Positions 21,115-31,920 of a DNA stretch of 64,000 bases are shown here, one piece after another; position 1 is the first letter of the stretch; every line of letters begins with the position of its first letter. The DNA lies in NCBI GenBank assembly GCA_051599415.1, contig AP039707.1:124001-188000 (forward strand). Direction: 5' to 3'. The position numbers were made by a program, and so were the translations under genes. Below the pieces are notes generated by a model. The model was not told where the DNA came from. It did no database searches and saw nothing but the letters and a program-made list of their open reading frames with translations. The stretch is from Savitreella phatthalungensis. Taxonomy: Eukaryota.

Positions 21115-24100
21115 CTACTTGTACTTATCCTCCGCTAGCTTGCGTTGGGCCGGATCGACTTGGTTGCGTAGACCTTGAAGGGTCTTTGAGATCATGTGTG
21201 TTGTGCCGATGAGTGGTCGGAGGAGGGCTACGGGTACGGTCCGTGCAGCCGCGCGTGCTGTACCTTGGATATCCCCGTCTGCGCTGTCTAGATCGCGGGG
21301 TAGCTGGATGGCTGCTTTGCGGGCGAGGTCAACATTGCGGACGAAGCCATCGACCGCTTGACTCATGCCTTCGCGCAGATTTGCCGGCGGGTTGGCGTAT
21401 GCGCTTGTGGCCGCGGGGATGGTCGGTGAGCGAGCGGATGAGATGGTGTTGGATGCTGTGGCCACTCGCTCCGTTCGTTCCAGGACTCCTTGAGTGCCAG
21501 CAGCCAGCTTGGCTCCCAAACGTAGGGCTTCTGAGCCTGAGGTGCGCGCAAACGAGGTCACGCCACGACGGAGGTTGCCTACACCGAGTCTGCCAGTCCG
21601 ACGATACTCATCGATCGGCGAGACAACAAGCTCCCTGAGCGACGATCCGAGGTTGGAGAGCGCACGAATGGAGGAGACGCCAGCGAGGACTGTCGGAAGC
21701 TGATGCCGCTTGATGTCGTCGAGCCAGAGATCGTTCAGCTTGTCTGCTGCAGCGGCGATCCCGTTGATGCCGTACAGGAGCGTGTGGTTGATGGCAATGT
21801 TGGCGTCTTCGAGGATGAAGAGATTCTTGAGCTCTGTGGTGCGGCCGGATCGGAGACTGCGAAGATCGAGACGTTTTGGTTTGTAGTCGACCTGAATGGC
21901 GAATGGCAGAACCTCGAGACGCTGGATGAATAGCTCGTCGGCAGGTGGTGTGACGACAGCCATAGCGGCTGCGCCGGCTTCGTCCCGGAACTCGAAGAAA
22001 CGGCTGAGAAACTCGAGCGTGTCCTGATCGACGTGCAAGCGTAGCGGCAGAAGCTGGATCTTGACAACAAGCTCGGCAGCTGCAAGACCGGCCACCGGTT
22101 TCACCGTCGAGACGTCGATTTCGGCAATGGAGTCCAGAGGCCCTCGATCGCCAGCAGCGCGCATGTAAGTCAAAAACTTGCGCCACGTCGACGTTGAGAC
22201 ATTGTCGACTATATCAAGATCTTTGAGTGATACGCTGAAATTGTTGACGATGTTGCCCTCATCGGCATCAAAGACTGAGCCGTGAAGGGACAAGCCACCG
22301 AGCTCGATCCGGACCTTGTGCGTTCGAGATCTGCCGAGTTGCAACGTGCTCGAGTCACCTCTCGAACGCTGGCGAGTGGTGGTACTGGCGGCTTGCCGAG
22401 TGGTCATGGTACTTTGCGACGTGGTCTCGTCTGCTTCTGCCTGGGCGAGCTCGTTGTTGATCGTTCGACGTGCATCTTCTGCAGTCGTACCGGTGGGAAG
22501 TGCAATGTAGATCGAGTTGAAGAGCAAATCTCCGACTGCTTGATCGTCCTCTTCGTCTTCATCGTCCGTTGCAGATTCGTCCTCACTTGACGCCGTGTTT
22601 GGCCGGCTAGACGAATGAGGCGTATCCGGTACTAGGCCCTTGCGACGTTGAGCCTTTGCTAGAGCTGCCTCGATAGCTGACTGAATCGCACGTCGTGTCT
22701 CCTCCCAGTCGTATCCGTCATGGAGGTTCCAGAAGACGTGGGCATTCTCAAGATCGATGTCGAGGAGGATCTTCTCATTCGCTTGCGCTGGCTCAGACGC
22801 GTGCCCGATAATTGACTGCGACAGGTAGTGATCGTCGAGGGCTTCCAGGACTTCTTTGCTCAGGGCTGTCTCTTCGTCATTGGCGACATCGTCGACACTC
22901 ACCATTGGCAAATCGGCCGCGGTGGCGGAGACTTGGGCAATGACGTCCTCGAACACATCGAGTGGCAGCTGACCGTCTGCAGTCAGCCCTAGCTTGTATC
23001 TGAGCGCTTCCGGCACTTCCACAGGCAGACGCAGCATCGATAGCAGATTGATCATGGTCTGTGTCGAGTCTGCACAAGTGTGGAGCGTCAGAATCAGGCC
23101 GGACAGTAGGAGTTTCAGACGTCCATCAGGCCGTGAGGAGATCTTGAGCTCGACAGTCTCGGCCACTGCTATTTGAACAAAACCGAGCTTGCTCAAGGCC
23201 GACAGTACTGGATCCTTGCGCTTCTTGCTGCTGTCGGTGATGTCGTTTGGACCGCCGTCGATATTGTTGATCAGATAGAGCTCGAGGATTCCGGCATTCG
23301 AGACGATTGGAGGCGATTGAAGTCCTTGGCCTACGAGGCTCATAGAGACTAGGGATCGGCGCAGATACAGATAGCCTTTCGTCGCTGTCACGTACGGGTT
23401 TAGACCGATGCTGAAGTCAGACAGAGTCAGTTCAATAGGTAAGGATCGATCCGCCGGAATCGCATTGGCATTCTGAGCAGATTGAGCAGGCATTGTCTGC
23501 TGCAAGGCCGCGACGAACCGCGGCAGTAACCAGTCTGCGTGGTACTCGAGACGGGTGTTGCGAAGGGCGATGCGGCAGAAGGACTCAGATGTCTGCAGAT
23601 GTTGCCTGAAGCGTAGGCTGACGGCAGACAAGGCTTTGTTGGACGTCTGGCTGTGGAGATGATGTCCTTCGTCGATGAGATGTTGAGAGACATCGCCCTC
23701 CGCTAGACTAGCCTTGCACGTTGCTAGGTCGATGCCGCAGATGAGAAGGTCTTGTAGGCGTGTGCAGCAAAAGAGGTTCAGCTTGTGCACTTGACAGGAT
23801 AAGTGCCATTCATCAAAAGAGATCTCGAGCTCGATCTGAGGCACTTCGATCAGCACCGCTAAGCCGCTTGAGGTGGAAGGGGAAGCCGACTTTCTGGTAG
23901 TGGCGGCGAGGGCGGAGACTTTAAATGCGATTTCCTGAATGCGGCTGATTTTCTGCGGCGTCAGAGAGCAGCTCACCGAGCCGAGGACTGCGCGAAGGAC
24001 CACTTGTGAGCGAGTCCTTGCCATTGTCTGGACTTCTTGGTACGTCTCTGCGTCTGCTTTCTCGTCACGCTCGGCCTTCACGAAGAGCTTGTCGAAGTCG

Positions 24101-25848
24101 ATGAAATGGAGTCGGCGAGAGTGTGGCGGGGTTGAGGCAGGATGCGGCCATGTTAGATCGCATACTGTGGGCTTTGTGATGCTGAGAAGGGCATGATCAT
24201 CATGATGGTGATTAGCGAGCTGCAATGTGGCGGCTGCGAGCTCGATTGATATGCGCTGATGTTGTTCAGCGTTGGTGTATCGTGTCTCGATTGTGTCGAG
24301 AATGCATGTCATTAGGTGGTCGTTGTTAGTGCGCGCGTGGATTGTCATGCCGTCGATATGCCAGAGAACTGATCCGACTATCGGCGCGTTAGTTGCTGAA
24401 CTCGCGTCTGCTTCTGCACTTCGTGGCAAAGCTGAAAGGAGCTGCTCGAGTTCGGTTTGCAGATTGAGCAGGACGGGAATGTCTAAGTCTAGTTGTGCTG
24501 CACAGCTCGAAAGATGCAGTGTGCTGACAATGTCCTGGCGCGTGATTTCGAGCGCATATCTGTCATCTCTCTTGAGGGTTAGGAGGGTGGCGTCCCGAGT
24601 CCGCAGATGAATTTGAGAGACCGAAGCGAAGAGCCGCTCTTGATTAAGCCGGTATCGTAATTGAGTGAATTCAGCGCGAAGATCAGAATGCGAGAGGTCG
24701 TCAAGCGAGTTAACCTTGCTAAAGCCGAATGCTATCTCAACAGAGTCAAGCTTCGCATCAATCGCAACGGCTTTGGCGTCGGTTTCCAGAGGAGGGTCTT
24801 GTGTACTCCGGAATCGTGTCTGAATTGTGGAAGAGAGGTCGGCGAGCGTGAGGAGGTCTTGACGGCTGATAGCGGCACGCACTGCGCCTACGACTGCAGA
24901 GACCGATAGGACGCCATCGACAACCTCGACGACGACAGATATTCCCTGCTGGCAGCTCAAGAGTATTCTGGTCGCTCGAGGCTGCTCCTCCGTTGCACTC
25001 TCGTACATGCTCGTGCTGTCTTGCATGGCGCTCATGTAGAGAGATCTGCTCTGCTGTACGCCGAAGATGGTGGACTGGAGGAGTTCGTCATCAGCAGCAC
25101 TGGAGAATGAGCTGTCAGATGCGCTTGAGATGCTGCGATCACGGCGATGTGTGATTTCCCAAGACTCGCCACGATCTGTGATGCTGAGAGTGACAAGGCC
25201 GACGTCAAGTCGTCGTTGACTCATGACGGACTTTTCGACGGATGAGTTGACATTGGCAATATGGAGCTTCAATTCCGTACGGTGACCAAGATCGAGGACA
25301 ATCTCGAGGTTGGTTAGCGTCACAGAGAGGCCGGCAAGCCATCGAGCAAGGAGGTCCTTGATAGAGCCAGTCAAGTTCTCTATTGTATCACCAACGCCTG
25401 AAAGGACTTCCTCGTCGTCTTCGACGAAGGAGTCCGCCAGCGCAGCGAGTTCATCTTCCACATCGAGCGTTGCGTTGTCCTTTGCAGCTGCCTTGGGTCC
25501 GCACAGAGTGAATGAGAGCGAGACGCCGGAAAGATCGATGGCTAGTGTGCCATTTCGCAGGTCCGTCCAAGGAACTTGAAGTCTCAGTCGGTCTATTTGC
25601 CCGGCCGTACATTTAAAGCCGTGCCGATGCAAGTGCTCGTCGATGGTCTGCGTGTTGAGGGAAAGGTTAGTCAGGAGGAGTTCGCCTGTAGCAATCTGAA
25701 GTTCGTCCTCAGCTAGATCGTTCTGGAGAAAGGCTGCAAGGAGTCTGCGGACGAGATAAGCGACAAGGTTTCTCTGCGCTCGTGACTTGATGGTGGATAC
25801 GAGCGAGGACGACGCCCTGCCAAGCAGGTTGACGATCGGCAAGAGCAT
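21115..25848 (-). CDS. ATG2: Autophagy lipid-transfer protein Atg2
   Basis: N-terminal chorein-like segment, CAD motif (HTCADSTQT), WNLHDGYDW, DNVSTSTWRKFL, LRLHVDQDTL, VDYKPK, and an ATG_C-like end (LRNQVDP...EDKYK). Confidence 0.93.
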   Translation of the reverse strand: MLLPIVNLLGRASSSLVSTIKSRAQRNLVAYLVRRLLAAFLQNDLAEDELQIATGELLLTNLSLNTQTIDEHLHRHGFKCTAGQIDRLRLQVPWTDLRNGTLAIDLSGVSLSFTLCGPKAAAKDNATLDVEDELAALADSFVEDDEEVLSGVGDTIENLTGSIKDLLARWLAGLSVTLTNLEIVLDLGHRTELKLHIANVNSSVEKSVMSQRRLDVGLVTLSITDRGESWEITHRRDRSISSASDSSFSSAADDELLQSTIFGVQQSRSLYMSAMQDSTSMYESATEEQPRATRILLSCQQGISVVVEVVDGVLSVSAVVGAVRAAISRQDLLTLADLSSTIQTRFRSTQDPPLETDAKAVAIDAKLDSVEIAFGFSKVNSLDDLSHSDLRAEFTQLRYRLNQERLFASVSQIHLRTRDATLLTLKRDDRYALEITRQDIVSTLHLSSCAAQLDLDIPVLLNLQTELEQLLSALPRSAEADASSATNAPIVGSVLWHIDGMTIHARTNNDHLMTCILDTIETRYTNAEQHQRISIELAAATLQLANHHHDDHALLSITKPTVCDLTWPHPASTPPHSRRLHFIDFDKLFVKAERDEKADAETYQEVQTMARTRSQVVLRAVLGSVSCSLTPQKISRIQEIAFKVSALAATTRKSASPSTSSGLAVLIEVPQIELEISFDEWHLSCQVHKLNLFCCTRLQDLLICGIDLATCKASLAEGDVSQHLIDEGHHLHSQTSNKALSAVSLRFRQHLQTSESFCRIALRNTRLEYHADWLLPRFVAALQQTMPAQSAQNANAIPADRSLPIELTLSDFSIGLNPYVTATKGYLYLRRSLVSMSLVGQGLQSPPIVSNAGILELYLINNIDGGPNDITDSSKKRKDPVLSALSKLGFVQIAVAETVELKISSRPDGRLKLLLSGLILTLHTCADSTQTMINLLSMLRLPVEVPEALRYKLGLTADGQLPLDVFEDVIAQVSATAADLPMVSVDDVANDEETALSKEVLEALDDHYLSQSIIGHASEPAQANEKILLDIDLENAHVFWNLHDGYDWEETRRAIQSAIEAALAKAQRRKGLVPDTPHSSSRPNTASSEDESATDDEDEEDDQAVGDLLFNSIYIALPTGTTAEDARRTINNELAQAEADETTSQSTMTTRQAASTTTRQRSRGDSSTLQLGRSRTHKVRIELGGLSLHGSVFDADEGNIVNNFSVSLKDLDIVDNVSTSTWRKFLTYMRAAGDRGPLDSIAEIDVSTVKPVAGLAAAELVVKIQLLPLRLHVDQDTLEFLSRFFEFRDEAGAAAMAVVTPPADELFIQRLEVLPFAIQVDYKPKRLDLRSLRSGRTTELKNLFILEDANIAINHTLLYGINGIAAAADKLNDLWLDDIKRHQLPTVLAGVSSIRALSNLGSSLRELVVSPIDEYRRTGRLGVGNLRRGVTSFARTSGSEALRLGAKLAAGTQGVLERTERVATASNTISSARSPTIPAATSAYANPPANLREGMSQAVDGFVRNVDLARKAAIQLPRDLDSADGDIQGTARAAARTVPVALLRPLIGTTHMISKTLQGLRNQVDPAQRKLAEDKYK

Positions 25849-27253
25849 CAGCTATGGTGCTCAGTGCTTCTGTCACGTCATGAGGATTGGAAGAAGCGCA
25901 GGAAGAGACGTGCAGAGTTGTGAATGTTGTGTAGAAGAGACTGACGCACCAGTATCTAGAGAACGCAAGCTCTCGTTTGACTCAGCGCTTGAGCAACTTG
26001 CGCCTTGGCTGTATCGTGTGAGGCGCTCTTATGACCGCAAGCGGGTTCGTTGAACCGATAATGATCTCCTCAGCTAGTTTAGAGCGAGCGCGCTGCTGCG
26101 ACTGTACCTTACTTGGTCGTACAGACGTATGAGCAGAAGAGCAGACCGTATAGTGAGCAGCGTATGCTGTGTATGTTATACGAGGTTAACGCGTAACAGG
26201 TGTTGGAGTGTAATGTTGATTTGATCTGATCATACACTCCATCATCATCACGTGAAGATACGCCTCGAGACTATCTTAAACAGTAGATCGTAGATAATAC
26301 ATAGCACACAGCATACAGCAGAGTACATATTAGAATTCAGTAGATACGACTAAAGAGCTTCCACGGCACTCCAGTGAGCAAACCATTGGCCTCTGCTCAT
26401 CGTACTGAATGGTCGTCGGAGCGTCTAGTAGTGTGTAGTCACAGGACTACTGCAACACCCACATACGCAGTCATACACATATCCACATACACATACACTC
26501 AAGTCACCTGGCTAACGATCCTGCAATGGCATGGCAGCCCCGTATCTGTCGAAGCGCGCACAGATGAATACTCGCGCCAGGCTTTCGAAGGGTCGCCGAT
26601 CATCCTCGGGTCACGCCTGTTCAAGTGGAGAATCAGGACACCACGACCAGCCTAGCTCCCCACAGATCCCACAATGCAAGCTCGACGTATGTGCTCGGTA
26701 CTGTGACTTGTGACATGAGCAGCGAAAGGGGAAAAGCTGTTGGTGCTTTGGAAGTGCAGGCGTGATGGCCGGTAGACAATCGATTACATTCTCCGATACG
26801 CGTGAAGAGGTGCTCGAGCTATGTTGGATGGATCAGGTCAGAAGGTTGTCATGGGAAGAAGAGCCGTGATCATCCCTGGGGCAATGCCGTTCAAGGAGAG
26901 CTGCAGCGGTCACAGAAGCTCTGAAGACAAGCCCACAGGGTAGACAGCCAGCTCATCTCCCATACCTTCGACTAGCCAGCCCGGCATCGTACCTCGCGTC
27001 GGGTTGGGTAACAGTCGAATCAAAAGACTGGCTTGATCACAGAAAGAAGATCACCCTTTGTCGCGCATCACACATCACTTCTGGGTTTGCTCGATTGCTC
27101 AATCAATGCCTCGCTCGCTCATTCGCTTCTGTCCAGCACTCGATGCGATTGCCAGGTCAATCTGCCTGTGGCCATAGTATTGACTGGTTGTGTAGAGGGA
27201 TGAACTTTTCTAGATGCTGGAAGGGAAAGTGTCGCGCAGAAAGGTGAGATAAT

Positions 27254-27578
27254 CTATGACGACTCCTTGACGGCTTCCGAGACGTTCTGGTATGATCCCT
27301 GCTTGCCTGTAGCAAAACAACCTGTCAGCACTCCATGATGATACAGATAAAAGTGTTGTGGGGATTTTACCGTTGTCCCACTTTGCGTATCGAAGCTCAA
27401 TGTCACCACGCTTCTCAGCCTGAAGACGTGCCTGCTCCTTGAGAGACTTGCGTACTGTCGCGGCGCAGATAGATGCGTACCGATTGTAGCTTGTAATGTT
27501 AGTCTTCCATGCGCACCGGTATAGTTATGAATGAGCATGCTGAACATACCTGAAGACGTTTCTCCACGCGAATGCCAT
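27254..27578 (-). CDS. ATP15: Mitochondrial F1-ATP synthase epsilon subunit, 66 aa; exons 27578-27550, 27489-27371, 27306-27254
   Basis: Spliced translation MAFAWRNVFSYNRYASICAATVRKSLKEQARLQAEKRGDIELRYAKWDNGKQGSYQNVSEAVKESS. Introns: GTATGT..GACTAAC..AAG (60 nt) and GTAAAA..GCTGAC..CAG (64 nt). Confidence 0.92.
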
Positions 27579-28265
27579 GTCGACTGTGAATATATAGAGT
27601 TGTAGCCAGTGACTGCAGGCAGACTTCTCTTGATGATGATGATGTTTGGAAGTTAGTAGTCGTGGTCGGTAGAAGCTCTGTGTGAGTACTGACTGTATGT
27701 GTGTGCTGGGGGGATGCATGTACGTCTAGCTTCTCTTCCCAGGTTTGCCCGATACACCCGGGTGTAGACTTACAAGTAGAGTAGAATGCATGCAATTGTG
27801 GGTTATAATTCGGATATGTCGAAATCAAAGAAATATAGATTGAAATCGATTAAATCTATAGCAGCCTGTGATAAATTATATAGATCGTCACAGTTTCAGA
27901 TTGACTGCTATGCCATATATATAGATAGTTTAATTCGAGAATTGATAGGTCTAGTACGTTTCGTCTTGATTGAAGAAAATAGATTAAAGTCTATTTAAAT
28001 ACAGTGTCGTTTCAGATTGATTTTCTGTGTTTGTTTGGGATAGATTACGCACGTGTACTAGTCCTCGTTCTGATTACTCTTTTTGGAAGATTAGAGAGTG
28101 GCGAATCTGAAACGCTCAATCTACTTGATACTCTCCTCCTCCTTCCCCCTTATCCCTCCCTCTAAACCATCGATATACACTTCAACGGCCCATTATCGTC
28201 ATCGTCACCTCACGACATCAATCGCAAGATACCTGCTCACCGTTCTGAGTGTCTACTGACGCGCT

Positions 28266-29792
28266 ATGGCTGTCGATCGGGACGATCGATTGACTTACGA
28301 AAGCGCAGTCAGCTATGTGATAGAGTGCTTCGATCGAGCGCTGATCGAAACATCCTTGACACTAGCTGAGTGCCCCTATACGCTGATTGCACTGGACCAT
28401 AAGCTCAGTCCTTTTCAGGGACTATCCACCTCTACAGACAATGACAGTTTCATGCTCGCGTGCATCGATAGGACGACGGCAAGAGGACCTCCTCTAGGTG
28501 GTGCTCAAGATATCAATTTTGTTAGCTGGCTGGAATCCATCGTGTTGAGTTCTTTCTGTCTAATGGACGGTGGAATCGAAATTGCCATCACGTGCTTTGA
28601 TGCATATCTCGAAGTCGCACTGAGTGACTACAAACTATCGACAACAGTTTACAATCCTGTTTGTGGAATCGTTCTAACTGATCTGCTCCGTACGAACTTT
28701 GGTTCTCTGGCAGGTAAGCATGCTGAAATTGCCTCTTGGGCTGACGAGCTACTAGACGATGTGGCCAGACACCTTTGTGCGAAAGGTCGACGAGTGAGTC
28801 ACCCTGGACGCCGTGCTCCTAAACGGCTGAAGACGCGTGATAGTTCATGGCGTGCGCACGCTTTCGATTGGATGATTTCTGACCCGCCATCCCCTCCATT
28901 GGCCCCATCGCTCCTGCCAACGCACACTCGCACAGAAGCACGTGCTCGCTCACCCACCACCTGGGATGAGATCCCGTGCTCGCAAGCTAAACTATCCCAG
29001 GTTGAGCAATTGCAGTCCACCAAGCCACATCAACTACACCACACGACCGTGCGCCTCAGAAAACCGGCAGAAGAGCGACCGAGCGTGAGTGGGACGAGCC
29101 GGGCGAAGAAGCCGTTCAAGCCACTGACAGTCAACCCATCGTCATCGCCGTCGCCGTTGCCGTCGCCAGTCAAGCATGCTGAGAGTGTCGGTGAGTTTCG
29201 CGATGACGATGGAACAGGCGGCTGGTGTACTGGTGGTGGCAGGGCAGTGCCGGTTGCACGGGACCAGTCGCTCGCTGCTGAGTGGGATGCTGGTGTTGTG
29301 GAGGTGGGTATTGTGGACGAGATGGAGAAGGAGCTTGATCTGGTTCGGCGGGAGACGGCATCGATTGAGCGCGATCGGAAACGCATCGACGATGCGCTCC
29401 GGGTGATGGACAACGTTGCTGGGTCTGCGGAGAGGGAGAAGGCAACGGCGAGGTGGCGGGAAGTGGCGGTAGCTGCGGTGGACGAGCTGGTCGACCACGC
29501 TGATCAGCAAGCAGCTATGTTGCCTGGTGGTGTGAGCGAGTGGTGTGCACTTCAACGACGTGCTATGCGACCCGGTGGATTCGGTTGGACGGAAGAAGAG
29601 GAAACGCGTGCGGCGCCACTCAACGTAGCCGGGCACGGCGACGATGACGAGTATGCCCCGGACGCAGTAGAAGAAGCGGCTTTGTGTCAGGCAGCAGCCG
29701 AGACGGAGTCATCGAAGGTCACAAGAGAGATCTTGCTTCGAGTTCTTGGTGTCGAGACGAGGTTGATCGAGACGCTGCTCCAAGATGGCTGA
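28266..29792 (+). CDS. Mei5/Sfr1-like recombination mediator with a long N-terminal extension
   Basis: AKKPFKPL motif, a coiled coil, REKATARWREVAVAAVDEL and C-terminal ILLRVLGVETRLI resemble the Mei5/Sfr1 family pattern. Confidence 0.6.
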   Translation: MAVDRDDRLTYESAVSYVIECFDRALIETSLTLAECPYTLIALDHKLSPFQGLSTSTDNDSFMLACIDRTTARGPPLGGAQDINFVSWLESIVLSSFCLMDGGIEIAITCFDAYLEVALSDYKLSTTVYNPVCGIVLTDLLRTNFGSLAGKHAEIASWADELLDDVARHLCAKGRRVSHPGRRAPKRLKTRDSSWRAHAFDWMISDPPSPPLAPSLLPTHTRTEARARSPTTWDEIPCSQAKLSQVEQLQSTKPHQLHHTTVRLRKPAEERPSVSGTSRAKKPFKPLTVNPSSSPSPLPSPVKHAESVGEFRDDDGTGGWCTGGGRAVPVARDQSLAAEWDAGVVEVGIVDEMEKELDLVRRETASIERDRKRIDDALRVMDNVAGSAEREKATARWREVAVAAVDELVDHADQQAAMLPGGVSEWCALQRRAMRPGGFGWTEEEETRAAPLNVAGHGDDDEYAPDAVEEAALCQAAAETESSKVTREILLRVLGVETRLIETLLQDG

Positions 29793-29939
29793 CGGGATGA
29801 AGGTGAGATTTCTGGTGCACGTGGTTGGAGATCATGATCGAAGATCGAGATAAGATTCTAATTAAAATCCACTCTTACGGATACCGTGTGCTGCACCATC
29901 AAAAGCTGCTTGACCCTTTCGCCCGGCCTGAGCGTGATC

Positions 29940-30692
29940 ATGGTCGACGGTGACCGGCGGCAAGTGCGAGCATGCCTATTTGACATGGACGGTCTGCTGA
30001 TCGACAGCGAGCGTATCTACACTGAGACAACGGAGTTGATCCTAGCGAAGCACGGTCGACCTGGACCGTTCCCGCTGGATGTGAAAGGCCGAATGATGGG
30101 TCGACCTGGTCCTGAGGCGGCTCGAATCTTTGTGGAGTGGGCTGAGATTGACGGGATGACGGTGGATCGGTATATTAGCGAGCAGAGGGAGTTGCAGCTG
30201 ACGCGATTTCCTCACGTTCAGCCGATGGCTGGCGCGCTCGCGTTGATATCGCGGCTGCACGACAACGAGGTGCCTATTGCGCTGGCGACGTCTTCGACGT
30301 CTGCGAACTTCGCGCTCAAGAGCACCAACCTCCGTCACCTGTTTGCCAAGTTCGGGGACGCTGTGATCTGCGGGGACGACGACCGCGTCGCTGGTCGAGG
30401 TAAGCCAGCGCCAGATATTTTCCTCGCTGCCTTGGCAGACCTGAATCGGCGCGGTCGCGATCGTGACGGAGACGCTCATCAGGAAATTATGCCGGACGAG
30501 TGCCTGGTGTTTGAGGATGGGGTGCCTGGGGTGGAAGCAGGTTTGGCTGCTGGAGCGACGGTTATCTGGGTACCGGACTCGCAGATCGCCGAGCTGTATA
30601 AGGATAGGCTGGACGAGATCCTGCCGTCGTCAAAGGGTGAGCGACTTGCAAGTCTGGAGGACTTTGACTATGGCAAGTACGGACTCGCATGA
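29940..30692 (+). CDS. HAD-family phosphatase (pseudouridine-5'-phosphatase/HDHD1-like)
   Basis: ACLFDMDGLLIDSE (motif I), ALATSS, GRGKPAPDIF, CLVFEDGVPGVEAG. Confidence 0.88.
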   Translation: MVDGDRRQVRACLFDMDGLLIDSERIYTETTELILAKHGRPGPFPLDVKGRMMGRPGPEAARIFVEWAEIDGMTVDRYISEQRELQLTRFPHVQPMAGALALISRLHDNEVPIALATSSTSANFALKSTNLRHLFAKFGDAVICGDDDRVAGRGKPAPDIFLAALADLNRRGRDRDGDAHQEIMPDECLVFEDGVPGVEAGLAAGATVIWVPDSQIAELYKDRLDEILPSSKGERLASLEDFDYGKYGLA

Positions 30693-30951
30693 CGCATCTT
30701 CGTGACGCCTAGACACAAGACACATTTTGCACACATGCACACGTGCATCTGCAATGGAGTAGACGCGCATTTGCCAGCCACTCTGCTGCGTTGCAGTACA
30801 CTACACTGGGAGGATGGATCTATTTGGTGGAGATCTATCAAGGTTGTATTTCGTATCGTGTTGTCGTTGGACGTGGGTGCATTGGGATCGTGGCATCGAG
30901 CATGTAGTTGTATTGTCATTAAGGGGAGTGGAAGTTCGATGAGGGTGGAGA

Positions 30952-31920
30952 TCAGCCGCCTCTGGCCGGAGGTTCTTTACGCCTGCGCTGCGAGGTTCCT
31001 GATTCGTGAAGTTGGTTTGCGAGGACTGCCCTTTCGCTGTCGAGGATACGCTTGACACGTTGGAGTTTGGCTGCCGCTGGTATTGCTGTCGGTGCGGATG
31101 AAGGTACTGGACGGAGTTCTGCCGGGGTGTAAGGCGACTCGAGGCGAAAAGAGTCGTCCAGGAGCAAGGCGGGAGGGGCGTTTGCGCTTTGACCGTGCAA
31201 TAGACGCACCTTCATATGACGTGAGAGTGCTTCCATGAGACGTGAGGCCGTCGTGTCCATTGACGAGGTGTTTGGCGTGGTGCTGACGACGGGACTGCCG
31301 CCGCGCGGAGTGGATGTAGCTGGAGGTGTCGCATTCGTGTCTCGTGGAGGAACCTGATCTGCACCGCTCGGGATGCCAGGAGGCGGTTGCTGTGATTGCT
31401 GGCGAGTGATTCTGCTCGGAGTCGCTTCACGCCGAGCAGACTGGGGCATTGGAGAGCCAGTATGCGTCCTGCTTGGGGTGCCCCATGGCGACGGAGAAGA
31501 AGAAGATGCACCATCGACAGCGCTTTTCACAGACGCAGCAGCTTGCGTGGCACGTCGCCCAGCTGCGGCGTACGATACAGTCGCCACGGGAAGCGCAGAA
31601 GACGCCGATATTGCCTGCGATGGCTGCGATGGCTCTGATGACCGCTGCTGCTGCTGCGGTTGCTGCGGCCGCTGCGGCTGATCGGGGTTTACGCGGATTG
31701 TCTTGACAGCTTGACCATTCACGATGACAAGGTCATGGGTGCGAGTATCCAGGGCATCACCGGCCTTGTAGGAGTTACCCGTGAGCAGGATCAGCCATCC
31801 TCGAGTACGAGATCTGTCAGCGTTATACAAACTGCCCCTTCGGAATGTTCCATCGACGAGTGTACACTCGACCTGTTGATCCTGAGCTGCCGCCAGATCG
31901 AATTGGCCCAACGAGGACAT
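30952..31920 (-). CDS. Lsm12-like protein (N-terminal Sm-like fold plus C-terminal anticodon-binding-like domain)
   Basis: VECTLVDG...GSLYNAD...DLVIVNGQAVKTIRV; C-terminal LMEALSRHM...LLLDDSFRLESPY...LQRVKRILDSER. Confidence 0.6.
   Translation of the reverse strand: MSSLGQFDLAAAQDQQVECTLVDGTFRRGSLYNADRSRTRGWLILLTGNSYKAGDALDTRTHDLVIVNGQAVKTIRVNPDQPQRPQQPQQQQRSSEPSQPSQAISASSALPVATVSYAAAGRRATQAAASVKSAVDGASSSSPSPWGTPSRTHTGSPMPQSARREATPSRITRQQSQQPPPGIPSGADQVPPRDTNATPPATSTPRGGSPVVSTTPNTSSMDTTASRLMEALSRHMKVRLLHGQSANAPPALLLDDSFRLESPYTPAELRPVPSSAPTAIPAAAKLQRVKRILDSERAVLANQLHESGTSQRRRKEPPARGG

Noticed and set aside
21109..21117. ATG2 stop in a TAG-CTA context
   Set aside because: A second stop follows immediately, so readthrough would add only two residues.
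26374..26860. Possible spliced small gene or H/ACA snoRNA between ATG2 and ATP15
   Set aside because: Trial splices gave no convincing protein, and there is no H box between the hairpins.
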